The position numbers and the translations under genes are program-made. The notes under the pieces were generated by a model. It saw only the letters and a list, made by a program, of their open reading frames with translations. It ran no database searches and was not told the DNA's origin. From contig CALREK010000001.1 of NCBI GenBank assembly GCA_943355165.1, positions 1-27,579 on the forward strand: a stretch of DNA of 27,579 nucleotides. The letters are read 5' to 3'. Below, in pieces: positions 26,535-27,579 of the stretch; position 1 is the stretch's first letter, and the number at the start of each line of letters is the position of its first letter. The DNA comes from an uncultured Candidatus Saccharimonas sp. (GTDB lineage Bacteria > Patescibacteriota > Saccharimonadia > Saccharimonadales > AQU-01).

Positions 26535-27579
26535 ATGAAAATCGGAATCGACGCCAGACCATTGCAAAACCACAACCAATTTAGGGGAATTGGCAAAACT
26601 TTAGAATTTTTTATAAAATACTCGCGAGCAGATAACGGCAGCAACAAAAAGTTCATATATTATATCGACGGCGGCCTTCCCACACCAAATCTGCTTAAAG
26701 ATACGCCTGAAGCTCAGATAATTACACTTCCTACCGCCAAACTTGGACGACGTAAATACTTTAGATCGGTACTTAGGTCATCTAAGCCAATTATACCTAG
26801 CCAAGATGATATCGGGGTTCTACTTCAGTTCGACGCGAGCCTAGGCGTACCGACTTCTGTTCCTACTGTTACGATTTTTTATGATTTAATTCCGCTAATT
26901 TTTCGCAACAAAACAAATCTTCATAGAATCAGGAACTTTCGACAATTCAGAAACAAAATTTCCGATTACGCACATTGGCAAAAATACGTCAGAACTCTAA
27001 AGGAATATAAGAAGTCGCGTGTTATCGTAGCCATCTCTAAATCTTCACTAGATGACATGCGCCATTATTTACCAGAACTTAAAAAAATTGATGCTAGAGT
27101 TGTGAGCTTAGGAATAGCAGAAATAGGGCAATATAGCCTGGCATCAAATAGTATAAAAAATCTAGCGAGTAAACGTTTCTTGCTTTATGTAGGCGGCATA
27201 GACTCTCGTAAAAATATCATGAAATTATTGCAAAGTTTTTTTAACCTAAAATCAGAAAATCCCGACCTAAGATTAGTTGTAGTTGGCAAAGAGTTTGAAT
27301 TAAAAGATCAATTGAAAGATATTGGCTGGACTAATCTCATGGACGCCAATAGCCAGTTTTCGAATGACGTAATATCTACTGGCTACATAAATGGCGACGA
27401 CCTTACGTACTTATATTCAAGAGCAGAGGCATTCGTTTTCCCTAGCAGCTATGAAGGCTTCGGCCTGCCTGTATTAGAGGCGATGCAAGCAGGCTGTCCG
27501 GTGATAGCCTACAATAACTCGTCAATCCCAGAAGTAACAGGCGATGCAGCATTACTAGTAAAAGACGGGGAATCATTAA
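26535..27579 (+). CDS. GT4-family glycosyltransferase, 3'-truncated by window edge (absent from the ORF track)
   Basis: My translation: [20 protein letters not shown]...FYDLIP...[10 protein letters not shown]...[41 protein letters not shown]; open to the end of the window. Confidence 0.85.
   Translation, partial: MKIGIDARPLQNHNQFRGIGKTLEFFIKYSRADNGSNKKFIYYIDGGLPTPNLLKDTPEAQIITLPTAKLGRRKYFRSVLRSSKPIIPSQDDIGVLLQFDASLGVPTSVPTVTIFYDLIPLIFRNKTNLHRIRNFRQFRNKISDYAHWQKYVRTLKEYKKSRVIVAISKSSLDDMRHYLPELKKIDARVVSLGIAEIGQYSLASNSIKNLASKRFLLYVGGIDSRKNIMKLLQSFFNLKSENPDLRLVVVGKEFELKDQLKDIGWTNLMDANSQFSNDVISTGYINGDDLTYLYSRAEAFVFPSSYEGFGLPVLEAMQAGCPVIAYNNSSIPEVTGDAALLVKDGESL

Overview
A gene-dense, intact surface-glycan locus with 22 complete CDS plus one cut off at the right edge; I found no RNA genes, mobile elements or CRISPR. 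It encodes nucleotide-sugar enzymes (galE, a eukaryote-type HAD phosphomannomutase, manC, ugd, uxs, gmd, an rmd-like reductase, a colD-like 3-dehydratase) and three lipid-linked export routes (Wzm/Wzt with a C-terminal extension, a Wzx-like flippase, GtrA). It also has six soluble or anchored glycosyltransferases (4 GT4, 2 GT2 including a GtrB/CsbB type), a coiled-coil SAM methyltransferase, and two paralogous ~730-aa GT-C/YfhO-like membrane proteins. These two flank ugd-uxs and a pair of exported proteins, one with a lytic-transglycosylase-like motif and three Ig-like repeats. TGA is a stop codon (code 11). Compact spacing and gene families suggest Patescibacteria/Saccharibacteria, which is inference only. 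The most notable points are ColD without a ColC/Fcl partner next to an Rmd-type reductase (possible GDP-tyvelose route), a Gac/GtrABC-like two-tier glycan with duplicated GT-C enzymes, and -10 boxes 6-9 nt upstream of most transcription-unit start codons (apparent leaderless mRNAs). All family calls come from motif recognition by eye; no searches were run.
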